Of a stretch of DNA of 64,000 nt, positions 47,879-56,793 are shown piece after piece. The position numbers and the translations under genes were made by a program. Origin of the DNA: an uncultured Anaerolineae bacterium (lineage in GTDB: Bacteria > Chloroflexota > Anaerolineae > Aggregatilineales > UBA3940); NCBI GenBank assembly GCA_964390105.1, contig CAYMGV010000001.1, positions 66,002 through 130,001 of the forward strand, in the 5' to 3' direction. Positions within the stretch are counted from its first letter, which is position 1. The number at the start of each line of letters is the position of its first letter. The notes under the pieces are model-generated. The model had not been told where the DNA came from. It did not search any database and was given only the letters and a program-made list of their open reading frames with translations.

Positions 47879-48961
47879 ATGAGCCAAGACACGAACGACA
47901 ACACCGATATCACCATCCAGGATCAGATCACGCTTTCCGACGTGGATGCCATGCTGCGTGCCGGGCAGATCGCAAACGACTATGCACAAAGCACCGTCTT
48001 CAGTGATTACCACATCCGGCGTTCAGATAATACCCTGCGCCGCCAGTTAGGGGACCTGCGCCTGTTTGCGTTATTTCTTAATAATGCAGGTTTGCGCCTC
48101 AACGGGGACACCCTGCAAATCAGCCCCGAGGCATGGCGCGGCGTGACCTGGGGAATCATTGAGGGATTCAAGCGTTGGATGTTGACCGAAGGCTACGCGG
48201 TGGGCAGCATCAATGTGAGGCTGTCCACCATCAAGACCTATGCGCGCCTGGCGGTGAAGGCTGGCACGATCACAGCCGAAGAAGGACTTCGTATCAAAGG
48301 GGTCAACGGCTTTAGCCACCAGGAGAAGCGTAAGGTCGATCAAAAACGTACCGTGACGCGTGTCGGGGAAAAGAAGGCGCAGCCCGTCCGCATTACGACC
48401 GAGGTCTACCGGAAGCTGATCGCAGGACAGCCCAAAACCCCACAGGGCCGACGTGATACACTGATGTTGTGCCTCCTGCTTGAACACGGGCTGCGCGTCG
48501 GTGAAGTGGCCGGTTTGGCGGTCGATGATATTGACCTCAACCGTGGCGTACTGCACTTCTTCCGAGAGAAGGTTGGTAAACAGCAAGTGCACACCTTGAC
48601 GGCCAACACGTACCGGGCCGTGTCCTTCTACCTCGAAACGGAAGGTGCGCCACAGGGTGGCTATCTGCTGCGGGCCAGCTATCGCGGCGGCCACCTCGCG
48701 CCATCCTCCGGCATGACCAAACGTGCTATCAACAAGCGTATCCGGCTGCTGGGCCGGCGCATGGGCATTGACGGTATGAGCCCCCATGACTGTCGCCACT
48801 TCTGGGCTACCCGTGCCGCACGTTCCGGCACCGATACATTTGCATTACAGGAGGCCGGTGGCTGGAACAGCCTCGCGATGCCGCGCCGCTACGTCGAGGA
48901 ATCGTCAGTGGCAAACCAGGGTGTGATGGGCTTTAATACTGTTGATGACAAAAACGAGTGA
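47879..48961 (+). CDS. Tyrosine-type site-specific recombinase/integrase
   Basis: 360 aa. Catalytic-domain motifs 'LLLEHGLRVGEVAGLAVDDID' (Arg I), 'SPHDCRHFWATRAA' (H-x-x-R) and 'GGWNSLAMPRRYVE' (catalytic Tyr). It ends 58 nt before tRNA-Leu. Confidence 0.85.
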   Translation: MSQDTNDNTDITIQDQITLSDVDAMLRAGQIANDYAQSTVFSDYHIRRSDNTLRRQLGDLRLFALFLNNAGLRLNGDTLQISPEAWRGVTWGIIEGFKRWMLTEGYAVGSINVRLSTIKTYARLAVKAGTITAEEGLRIKGVNGFSHQEKRKVDQKRTVTRVGEKKAQPVRITTEVYRKLIAGQPKTPQGRRDTLMLCLLLEHGLRVGEVAGLAVDDIDLNRGVLHFFREKVGKQQVHTLTANTYRAVSFYLETEGAPQGGYLLRASYRGGHLAPSSGMTKRAINKRIRLLGRRMGIDGMSPHDCRHFWATRAARSGTDTFALQEAGGWNSLAMPRRYVEESSVANQGVMGFNTVDDKNE

Positions 48962-48976
48962 ATCGCGCCGTTTACC

Positions 48977-49004
48977 TTGACAATCCGGCCCGGTGCGGTA
49001 CAAT
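48977..49004 (+). promoter_or_regulatory. Near-consensus sigma-70 promoter for tRNA-Leu
   Basis: TTGACA (48977-82), a 16-nt spacer, then TACAAT (48999-49004). The tRNA starts at 49020. Confidence 0.7.
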
Positions 49005-49019
49005 TTCACTTCGATGCAC

Positions 49020-49104
<85 letters not shown>

Positions 49105-49156
49105 TCAATGAAAGGCCGGGCTTGCAGCTCGGCTTTTGTTTTACTGGGGCATGCTC

Positions 49157-49609
49157 ATGAGCGACACTGAAGCCAAACCCCGCAACGGCTTTTTTAAGAA
49201 GCTGCGGTTCCAACTCACCAACTGGCAGATTTTGCTGATCGCGCTGATCATCATCGGTGGGCGGCTGGTGATCGACTTCAGCCAGCGCATCATTGATGGG
49301 CAGGAAAAGACCAGCGAACAGGCCATGCTGGAAGCCGAGATCGCGCGGCTGGAGCTGGAGCAGCGCCAACTTGAAGCGGCCAAAGCCTATTACAGCAGCC
49401 CTGCCTACATCGAAGAATGGGCACATGATGAAGGCAAGATGGTGCGCCAGGGTGAAATCCTGGTGGTGCCTTCGTTTGATACCAGCGTCGCATCGGTTGA
49501 AACCCTGCCTGCCCGGCCTGATGAAATCTACATCACCCTTGAGAACTGGCAAGTATGGTGGTCACTTTTTTTTGATGACACCTCAGCCCTTGAACACGTC
49601 ACCCCGTAA
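49157..49609 (+). CDS. Septum formation initiator family protein (FtsB/DivIC-like)
   Basis: From MSDTEAK... the protein has one TM helix (WQILLIALIIIGGRLVI), then the coiled coil 'EAEIARLELEQRQLEAAKAYYSSPAYIEEWAHDEGKMVRQGE'. Confidence 0.75.
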   Translation: MSDTEAKPRNGFFKKLRFQLTNWQILLIALIIIGGRLVIDFSQRIIDGQEKTSEQAMLEAEIARLELEQRQLEAAKAYYSSPAYIEEWAHDEGKMVRQGEILVVPSFDTSVASVETLPARPDEIYITLENWQVWWSLFFDDTSALEHVTP

Positions 49610-49729
49610 GATTTGATATTGAAATACCCCCGTTACCCTGAGTAGAATCCATTCAGTACCTATTCATCCAGGGATCACCGCAGAATTGCTGCGCCGCACT
49701 TTTTCACTGAGATCGGATAACAAACTGTT

Positions 49730-50749
49730 TTGAAAACCCAGATACATACAACACCGGATGCTTTTGATACGCTGGCCGAGGAATGGCTCACCGTACTGCC
49801 CCCCGGTTCATCAACCAACATCTTTCTGCACCCCGAATGGCTCAGGCTGTGGTGGCAGCATAAAGCCACGCCCAGCTGCGAGATTGCTATCGTAACTGTA
49901 CGTGATGACAACGATAACCTACTCGGCATTGGCCCGTGGTACATTGAGCAGACCTCCGGTGAGCGCGTCGTGCGCTTCCTGGGCTGTACAGATATTGTTG
50001 ATTACCTCGATATCATCGCGCGCCCCGGCATAGAACAGCAGGTACTGACCGGCCTGCTGCTCTTCATGATGGGGGATGATGCCCCGGAGTGGACGCGCTT
50101 CGAACTCTGCAATATCCCCGGTGCGTCAGGCACGTTGCAAGATGTTGAAACCGTGGCCGCTGCCACCGGATTGACTCTGACCCCGAAATCTGAAGAAGTA
50201 TGTCCGGTGATCAGCCTGCCTGATGACTACGAAGAATACCTCGCCGAGCTGGACAAGAAACAGCGCCACGAACTGCGGCGCAAACGGCGGCGGGCCGAAG
50301 GCGCAGATGTCTCATGGTATATCGTCGGCGAGGAACATGACCTTGACGAGGAGATCGAGGCGTTTCTCGAACTGATGGCGGCCAGCACGATTGAAAAAGC
50401 AGACTTCCTGCAGGAGCCGGGTCACCGCCAGTTTTTTATCGATACCGGGCACCTGATGTACCACCTCGGCTACCTCGACCTGATCGTACTGACCATTGAA
50501 GGCCAGCGTGCTGCGGCGATGTGGCAATTTGGATACCGTGACCGAATGCTGCTGTACAACTCCGGGCTGGACCCTGAAAGCTTCTCGCACCTCAGCCCCG
50601 GTATCGTGCTGCTGACATACAGCATCGAGGATGCCATCAGCCGGGGGTTCAAGCATTATGACTTCCTGCGCGGTGATGAGCAGTACAAGTTCCGTATGGG
50701 CAGCCAGCCTACCGAAATCTTTACACTCAACATCAACCGGGCCTTGTAA
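49730..50749 (+). CDS. GNAT-fold acetyltransferase of the CelD/BioF2-like (FemAB-related) type
   Basis: 339 aa with a TTG start. 'FLHPEWLRLWWQH' and the C-terminal 'GFKHYDFLRGDEQYKFRMG' are characteristic of this family. Confidence 0.65.
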   Translation: MKTQIHTTPDAFDTLAEEWLTVLPPGSSTNIFLHPEWLRLWWQHKATPSCEIAIVTVRDDNDNLLGIGPWYIEQTSGERVVRFLGCTDIVDYLDIIARPGIEQQVLTGLLLFMMGDDAPEWTRFELCNIPGASGTLQDVETVAAATGLTLTPKSEEVCPVISLPDDYEEYLAELDKKQRHELRRKRRRAEGADVSWYIVGEEHDLDEEIEAFLELMAASTIEKADFLQEPGHRQFFIDTGHLMYHLGYLDLIVLTIEGQRAAAMWQFGYRDRMLLYNSGLDPESFSHLSPGIVLLTYSIEDAISRGFKHYDFLRGDEQYKFRMGSQPTEIFTLNINRAL

Positions 50750-51984
50750 TGACAAAGCGTATCGCGCTGATCTGCGTTCATGCCTCTCCGTTAATCCCGC
50801 TGGGTGGCGACAAGGCCGGTGGCATGAATGTCTATATAAAGGAATGCAGCCGCGCACTGGCCCGCTTTGGCTGGGGAGTGGATATTTTTACCCGTGCGCA
50901 AAAACAAAGCGATATTGCCCGCATCGATACCTCAATTGATGAGGGCGTACGTGTCGTCCACATTACGGCTGGCCCCGCTGAACCGATGGGCACTGCGGCC
51001 CATGCAAAGCACATTGACACGTTTACTGACGGCGTGCTGCGCTACAGCGATGAGAACAACTGCTGCTACACACTGATTGCCAGCCATTACTGGCTTTCCG
51101 GGCTGGTGGGGCTGCATCTGCGGAAGGTCTGGGGCGTACCGTTGATCTCCATGTTCCACACACTGGGCCTGATGAAAAACCGCATCGCGACCTCAGAGGC
51201 AGAGCGAGAGCCAGCCCTGCGCATCGACAGTGAAACCCGCATCATGCAGCAAACCGATGCCCTTATTGCAGCGACCCCAGCCGAGCGTATCCAGATGATG
51301 TGGCTGTATCACGCTGACATGGACCGCATACACATCATCCCGCCGGGCGTGGACCTTGATCATTTCTGCCCGGTGCCACAGGACGAAGCCCGGGGCGAGA
51401 TCGGTATTGCCCCCGAGGATTACCACCTGCTGTTTGTGGGTCGGCTCGAACCGCTAAAGGGGATCGATACTCTGCTGCGCGCAATGGCGCATCTGCGCGA
51501 GACCGCGCCTGACCTCAGCCATGCCATCGTGATCACGATTGTTGGTGGGGCGGGCGATCATCATGAAATGGAACGGCTGCGGCACGCTGCCTGCGACCTC
51601 GGTATTGCGGACCGGGTGAGCTTCCTCGGCCCGCGCAGCCAGGATGCGCTGCCACATTTCTATTCGGCGGCTGATGCGGTCGTGATGCCCTCACACTACG
51701 AGTCATTTGGCATGGTTGCACTTGAAGCCATGGCATGCGGCACCCCGGTGATTGCATCCGAGGTCGGTGGGCTGGCCTACCTGATCCAGGATGGGGTAAC
51801 GGGGTTCCGTGTTCCTTCGCGAGATCATGAGCAGCTTGCCGATAAGATCGTCATGCTGCTGACAAACCCCGGCCTGCGTACCGAGATGGGCTATGCTGCG
51901 GCACGATACGCCACGCAGTATGCATGGGATACCATCGCGCGGCAGCTTGACGCACTGTACAATCGCGTCATCGCCACAAACTAA
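50749..51984 (+). CDS. GT4-family glycosyltransferase (MshA/BshA-like)
   Basis: 411 aa. 'ALICVHASPLIPLGGDKAGGMNVYI' and 'PSHYESFGMVALEAMACGTPVIASEVGGL'. Its start overlaps the upstream stop (TAATG). Confidence 0.82.
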   Translation: MTKRIALICVHASPLIPLGGDKAGGMNVYIKECSRALARFGWGVDIFTRAQKQSDIARIDTSIDEGVRVVHITAGPAEPMGTAAHAKHIDTFTDGVLRYSDENNCCYTLIASHYWLSGLVGLHLRKVWGVPLISMFHTLGLMKNRIATSEAEREPALRIDSETRIMQQTDALIAATPAERIQMMWLYHADMDRIHIIPPGVDLDHFCPVPQDEARGEIGIAPEDYHLLFVGRLEPLKGIDTLLRAMAHLRETAPDLSHAIVITIVGGAGDHHEMERLRHAACDLGIADRVSFLGPRSQDALPHFYSAADAVVMPSHYESFGMVALEAMACGTPVIASEVGGLAYLIQDGVTGFRVPSRDHEQLADKIVMLLTNPGLRTEMGYAAARYATQYAWDTIARQLDALYNRVIATN

Positions 51985-52016
51985 AAAGAGGCCCGCACGG
52001 GCCTCTTTTGTTTTTC
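51984..52016. terminator. Bidirectional intrinsic terminator between convergent genes
   Basis: AAAAAGAGGCCC, loop GCAC, GGGCCTCTTTTGTTTTT. A- and T-tracts flank a 7-bp GC stem. Confidence 0.8.
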
Positions 52017-52030
52017 AGTTGCTCTGTTCG

Positions 52031-53311
52031 CTATTCTGAGACAATCGCGTGGTAAAGCTCCTGGGTTTCCGGTGATGGCGCGATGTCGTACTCCGAATCC
52101 AGCAAATCCTGTAATTGGGTGTAGTGTTCGGCGGCTTCGCCCCGGCGGCCCAGGTCATGGTAAATCTGAAGCACCTGGCGATGCAGGTCTTCGCGATTGG
52201 GGACCTCGGCAACGGCCTTGAGGTAATACCCCAGAGCATACTCAGGCTTACCTTTATCCATGTTGAACTCGGCCAACCGGATGAGGGCCTGAAAATAACC
52301 GACCCTGAAATCCTCCCGACGCTTGGTTACCCATTCGTCCTTGTACCCCTGGAGGAACTCGCCGCGGTAAGTCTCCACGGCATCCATCCACAGGCGTTCG
52401 GCCTCAGCATCTGGAGCAGTGCGGGCCTCAACCAGGTACTTGACAAATTCAAGCACGTCATATTTCAGATTGATATCAGGGTTGACCAGGTAATGACCGC
52501 CCTGGTGGACGAGGACATCAAAACCGAGGGCTTTGTGCAGACGGCGTTTGGTTACATGGAAAACATTAACGGCCTGATCAATCGGCAAATCGGGCCAGAA
52601 GGATTCGCAGATTTCAGCGCGTGTCACCATAGGGCGATCCAGGACAAAGAAGAACAGAAGACGAGGTAAGTACCCTTCCCATGTATTCACCTGGACGCCA
52701 TTGATCATGACGTAGCCTGACCCAAGGGCAAATACCTCGATATTAGGGTTTTCCTGGAACCTGTCCGAGTAGAACCCACTGGTTAGCATGCGGGCATCAC
52801 GCAGAACAACGGCCTGCGCACGGGCCACCAGCGCGACCCACGGCAGACGGGGCAGCGAACGGCTGTTGATCAGCAGGTGGCAATGTTCGGGAAGGTAGTT
52901 GAGAAGGCGTTCGGTAAAGGTCTGGACCTCAGCCACTTCGTCAGCCCTGTCATATTCATCCAGAATAAGAAGGAAGTGTTCATTGCTGAGGTTCGCGAGA
53001 TCGGCGGCAACCGCTTCTGCCAGCGCATCAACATCTTCGGGGGATCTCTGGCGAACCAGGCTGGTCTGCTTGCCAAACGTCGGCATTTGATCCGATAAAT
53101 CGCGAACCAACCCGGTTAGGAAGGTGTCAAGGCTGACATCTTCAAAACCAAGACCATAGTAAAACAATGGGCACGGGGGATTATCGATCAGGGCGGAGAT
53201 CACAAGGGTTCGATACCGACTACTAGGATGAATCAGCATGAGTTTATTATACTCTATGCTGTTCACAATCGTCTGTATTGAAGGTTGTACCAATTCTTTA
53301 AGTGATGTCAT
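52031..53311 (-). CDS. BTAD-domain (SARP/AfsR-like) transcriptional regulator with degenerate NTPase-like N-terminal domain
   Basis: 426 aa. The C-terminal half contains a winged-helix-like segment ('RAEICESFWPDLPIDQAVNVFHVTKRRLHKAL') plus the BTAD helical repeat ('YRGEFLQGY...LIRLAEFNMDKGKPEYALGYYLKAV...REDLHRQVLQIYHDLGRRGEA'). The N-terminal half has a Walker-B-like 'FLLILDEYD' but no GxxGxGK[ST]. Confidence 0.7.
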   Translation of the reverse strand: MTSLKELVQPSIQTIVNSIEYNKLMLIHPSSRYRTLVISALIDNPPCPLFYYGLGFEDVSLDTFLTGLVRDLSDQMPTFGKQTSLVRQRSPEDVDALAEAVAADLANLSNEHFLLILDEYDRADEVAEVQTFTERLLNYLPEHCHLLINSRSLPRLPWVALVARAQAVVLRDARMLTSGFYSDRFQENPNIEVFALGSGYVMINGVQVNTWEGYLPRLLFFFVLDRPMVTRAEICESFWPDLPIDQAVNVFHVTKRRLHKALGFDVLVHQGGHYLVNPDINLKYDVLEFVKYLVEARTAPDAEAERLWMDAVETYRGEFLQGYKDEWVTKRREDFRVGYFQALIRLAEFNMDKGKPEYALGYYLKAVAEVPNREDLHRQVLQIYHDLGRRGEAAEHYTQLQDLLDSEYDIAPSPETQELYHAIVSE

Positions 53312-53495
53312 ACTTTTTGTCCTTAGGAAGGTTGGTTATATAGGAAGAATGGCAAGAAACAGCCCAACCTTACATCCATCTTACAAATATTAACCTCTAT
53401 AGTAATACTTGTTTAAGAGTTTCGCAAACCATTAATGTGTGGTTTTTCAGATTTTTTACAATTTCTAACGGAATCTTCACCATAGGGAGGGTGAT

Positions 53496-53834
53496 ATGCA
53501 GCACGATATAAAACCAACCGGCATTACACTTGACAAGAACTCACACGAATTACAGGTCACCTGGGCCGATGACCACACCAGCCATTTTGACCTGAACCAA
53601 CTCCGCGAAGCCTGCCCCTGCGCCGCGTGCCGTGGCGGGCACGACTACATGGGTAAGGAGTACGACCCCGATCTCACAACATTAACCCCAAAGAGTGTAT
53701 ACCATGTGGTGGACATCCAGATGGTAGGCGCGTATGCTGTTCAAATCTGGTGGGATGACGGCCATAGCAGCGGCATCTATACGTGGGATTACCTGCGCCG
53801 TATCGATCCATCCCTGAAAGGCCCGCGTGAATGA
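53496..53834 (+). CDS. DUF971 (gamma-butyrobetaine hydroxylase-like N-terminal domain) protein
   Basis: 112 aa with 'LQVTWADDHTSHFDLNQLREACPCAAC' and 'YAVQIWWDDGHSSGIYTWDYLR'. Confidence 0.75.
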   Translation: MQHDIKPTGITLDKNSHELQVTWADDHTSHFDLNQLREACPCAACRGGHDYMGKEYDPDLTTLTPKSVYHVVDIQMVGAYAVQIWWDDGHSSGIYTWDYLRRIDPSLKGPRE

Positions 53835-54457
53835 GCCAACCTCATCTCAGCACCGTGGTATTTGACTGGGGTGGTGTGTTTTTACAGACCAAAGATCGTT
53901 CCGGGCGCATCGCGTGGGATGACCGGCTCGGTTTGCCGCATGGCAGCGTTGAATCCGTAGTCCATGGCCCCGGCGTGTGGATACAGGCTCAGCTTGGCCG
54001 CATCAGTCCCCGGCAGTACTGGGATATGATCGCCTCTGAACTGGGTATCACGAGTGAGCAGGTGCGTCAACTGGCTTTTTACTTCTATCGTGGCGATGCA
54101 TTGGATACCGATCTCGTCGATATGCTGCTTGAATTGCGTAACAATGGCATCCGAACCGCACTGCTGAGCAACTTCAGCATTGAATTGAAGCCACTTCTTG
54201 ATTGCCTTTATCTCGCGCCGTTTTTTGAGGTTGCCGCCATTTCTGCTGAAATCGGCGTGATGAAGCCGCAGGCTGATGCGTACCTGCATGTCACCGGGGA
54301 AATGGGCATTGAACCGAATCAGGCCGTCTTCATCGATGATCGGCAGGAGAACATCGTCGGCGCGCGTGCCATCGGGATGCAGGGCGTGCTGTATCAGGAC
54401 ACCCTGCAATTACGAAAGGACCTGTTCGAACTGGGGCTGCCCATTGCGGGCGCATGA
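53831..54457 (+). CDS. HAD-superfamily hydrolase
   Basis: 208 aa. Motif I 'VVFDWGGV', motif II 'LLSN' and motif IV 'FIDDRQENI'. There is a 4-nt overlap with the upstream gene. Confidence 0.8.
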   Translation: MSQPHLSTVVFDWGGVFLQTKDRSGRIAWDDRLGLPHGSVESVVHGPGVWIQAQLGRISPRQYWDMIASELGITSEQVRQLAFYFYRGDALDTDLVDMLLELRNNGIRTALLSNFSIELKPLLDCLYLAPFFEVAAISAEIGVMKPQADAYLHVTGEMGIEPNQAVFIDDRQENIVGARAIGMQGVLYQDTLQLRKDLFELGLPIAGA

Positions 54458-54556
54458 TCAGACGATTACAATAAGTTTATCCGAAGCCAGAAGATCAGAG
54501 GCGTGGCAACCCCACGCCATTTTGATGTGACCCGCAGCACCAGTTGAGGAGATGGC

Positions 54557-56164
54557 ATGACTGACATTGTTCCGCCCCGCATCCCCGCCGGGATGCGGGA
54601 CATCCTGCCCAAAGACATGCTCAAGCGCGGCTACGTGATGGGCGTTATCCGCGAGATTTTTGAGCGCTACGGCTTCGAGCCGCTGCAAACCTCTGCTATT
54701 GAAAACACCGAAACCCTGACGGGCAAATATGGCCCGGACGGTGAACGCCTGATCTACAAGGCATGGTACGGCGACAAGCCGGGCGGGGAATATTCGCTGC
54801 GCTATGATCTCTCGGTGCCGCTGGCGCGCGTCGCTGCGATGTATCCTGACCTGCCACGCCCATTCAAGCGCTACCAGATCGCGCCGGTGTGGCGTGCCGA
54901 CCGCCCGGCCAAGGGGCGATATCGCGAGTTCTACCAGTGTGATGTTGATATTGTCGGATCTGCCAGTATGCTCGCCGACGCCGAGATCGTGGCGCTGGCC
55001 TATGAAGTACTCAACGCACTGGGCTTCACCGCATTCACTATCTCGATCAACAACCGGAAGCTGCTGGACGGCATCGGGCAGTATGCAGGTGTCCCTGGGG
55101 AACTGCAGGCCGGGCTGTATCGCTCCATCGATAAATTTGACAAGATCGGTATTGACGGTGTGCGCGACGAACTGCTCATGGTCGGGGTCCCGCGAGATGA
55201 CTTCCAGCCGTTGCAAAAGGCATCTCGACTGATCATCCAGGGTAAACGTGAGATCAGCGACAGCCCCGCCATCCTGCAGGAAGAAGGCGTAGATGATGGT
55301 CTAATCGAAGCTGTACTGCCGGACTTCAACCGGCTGGTGAACGAGGCCATCGAAGCCAACATTCCCCCCGGCGAATTGCAGGCCGCCACGCGCGAGTTGG
55401 TACTCAAGCTCGGCGAACCGCTGCGCGACTACTACGGGAAGTCCAGTGCTGTCATCCCATCCGATGTGGTGACACGCCTGCTGGAGCTGATCCAGATCGA
55501 AGGGGAACCGCTCAAGCTGCTTGACGAGCTGCAAGAACGCCTTTCAGAGTTTGACCGTGCCGTCGAGGGCATTGAAGAACTGCGCGCGCTGCTCAACGGA
55601 TTGGCGGCATTGGGTGTCCCGCCTGATTCATACGCGATTAACTTCGCCATGGTGCGCGGGCTGGAATACTACACCTCCTCGATCTTTGAAATCACTGTCT
55701 CCGAGCCGAAGGCTATGCCCAGCATCACGGGGGGTGGGCGCTTTGATGACCTCATCGGGCTGTTTGCCGATCAAAGCTACCCTGCCGTTGGTATCAGTTT
55801 TGGTATTGAGCGCATTATCGACGTAATGACCGAGCTTGATATGTTTCCGGCGGGCATCCGCAGCGCCGCGGCGGAGGTGCTTGTCACCACATTTAACGAA
55901 GCTATGGCTAGTGTTTCTCTCGCCGTCACGGCAGACCTGCGCCGGGCAGGTATCAACACAACCCTGTATTTCGAAGGTCGTGACCGTCTCGGCGATCAGA
56001 TCGGATATGCCTCCTCGACCGGCATCCCATTTGTGATCATCATCGGCCCGGATGAAGCCGAAGCCGGGCAGGTTACGGTGCGCAAGCTGGGCAAGACGCG
56101 GAAGGACAGCGAGGAAAAAACTATCGACCGGGCGGAAATGGCAGAAATCATACGTAATTGGTGA
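54557..56164 (+). CDS. hisS: Histidine--tRNA ligase (long form with enlarged insertion domain)
   Basis: 535 aa. 'GMRDILP', motif 2 'YREFYQCDVDIVG', motif 3 'GGGRFDDL' and a C-terminal anticodon-binding domain. Confidence 0.92.
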   Translation: MTDIVPPRIPAGMRDILPKDMLKRGYVMGVIREIFERYGFEPLQTSAIENTETLTGKYGPDGERLIYKAWYGDKPGGEYSLRYDLSVPLARVAAMYPDLPRPFKRYQIAPVWRADRPAKGRYREFYQCDVDIVGSASMLADAEIVALAYEVLNALGFTAFTISINNRKLLDGIGQYAGVPGELQAGLYRSIDKFDKIGIDGVRDELLMVGVPRDDFQPLQKASRLIIQGKREISDSPAILQEEGVDDGLIEAVLPDFNRLVNEAIEANIPPGELQAATRELVLKLGEPLRDYYGKSSAVIPSDVVTRLLELIQIEGEPLKLLDELQERLSEFDRAVEGIEELRALLNGLAALGVPPDSYAINFAMVRGLEYYTSSIFEITVSEPKAMPSITGGGRFDDLIGLFADQSYPAVGISFGIERIIDVMTELDMFPAGIRSAAAEVLVTTFNEAMASVSLAVTADLRRAGINTTLYFEGRDRLGDQIGYASSTGIPFVIIIGPDEAEAGQVTVRKLGKTRKDSEEKTIDRAEMAEIIRNW

Positions 56165-56240
56165 AACGCTAACACAGTTTATACGTATATGTTGTATGAT
56201 ATAAGAGTATCAATACGATTGTTAGCTTTGGAGGTACCCA

Positions 56241-56543
56241 ATGACAGATGAGATGGTTGTCGCCCCGGAAGGCAAAGCGATGCCGAAGGAAAAGAGTGAA
56301 TTCTTTACTCACCTTGAGGCTGCTGGCGATAACGTGGTAAAACAGTGGTCGAGCCTGATCCCGAAGGAGTTCTGGAGCTATGGGCGTGAGGCCCAGCGCG
56401 AATTCCTCTATGCGATGCGCACGCTGGTTGATCACGCCATCGAGTTCGTGGATGATGCGAATGGCGAGATCGAGGTGGAGGGAGAAGCTCCCAGGAAGGC
56501 CACCAAGCGCAGCACCAAGAAGGTTAAGGTCGAAGTCGAGTAA
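56241..56543 (+). CDS. Hypothetical small acidic protein with Lys-rich tail
   Basis: 100-aa ORF with GGAGG 7 nt upstream of the ATG, followed by a strong terminator. I recognised no family. Confidence 0.5.
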   Translation: MTDEMVVAPEGKAMPKEKSEFFTHLEAAGDNVVKQWSSLIPKEFWSYGREAQREFLYAMRTLVDHAIEFVDDANGEIEVEGEAPRKATKRSTKKVKVEVE

Positions 56544-56562
56544 GCTTCTGGCTGAAAAAGCT

Positions 56563-56595
56563 AAAAACGGCGGGTTTTGAACCTGCCGTTTTTGT
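56563..56595. terminator. Bidirectional intrinsic terminator
   Basis: AAAAACGGCGGGTT, loop TTG, AACCTGCCGTTTTTG (9-bp stem with one G-U pair, flanked by A5/T5). It sits between the small ORF (+) and tRNA-His (-). Confidence 0.8.
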
Positions 56596-56597
56596 TG

Positions 56598-56673
56598 TGG
56601 GGTGGATGATGGGACTCGAACCCACAACCACCTCATCCACAGTGAGGTGCTCCACCATTGAGCTACATCCACC
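56598..56673 (-). tRNA. tRNA-His (anticodon GTG) with encoded G-1 and CCA
   Basis: The reverse complement reads G-GTGGATG-TA-GCTCAATGGTGGAGC-A-CCTCA-CTGTGGA-TGAGG-TGGTT-GTGGGTTCGAGTCCCAT-CATCCAC-C-CCA. The extra 5' G pairs with C73, which is diagnostic for tRNA-His. Confidence 0.92.
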
Positions 56674-56687
56674 ACGAAAGCAGCGTA

Positions 56688-56716
56688 ATTGTAACGCAGG
56701 TATAAGCCCCCTGCAA
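56688..56716 (-). promoter_or_regulatory. Candidate promoter for tRNA-His
   Basis: On the minus strand: TTGCAG (56716-11), a 17-nt spacer, then TACAAT (56693-88). It ends 14 nt before the tRNA 5' end. Confidence 0.6.
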
Positions 56717-56736
56717 TAGCACCATACCGGGCAGAT

Positions 56737-56775
56737 CAAAAGGAGGCGCGGGTCATTCCTGCGGCCTCCTTTTCG
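56737..56775 (-). terminator. Intrinsic terminator after korB
   Basis: The AAAAGGAGGCGCG...GCGGCCTCCTTTT hairpin (one bulged G) begins 19 nt downstream of the korB stop. T-tracts are present on both strands. Confidence 0.7.
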
Positions 56776-56793
56776 CGTTGTTCGCTGAATTCG

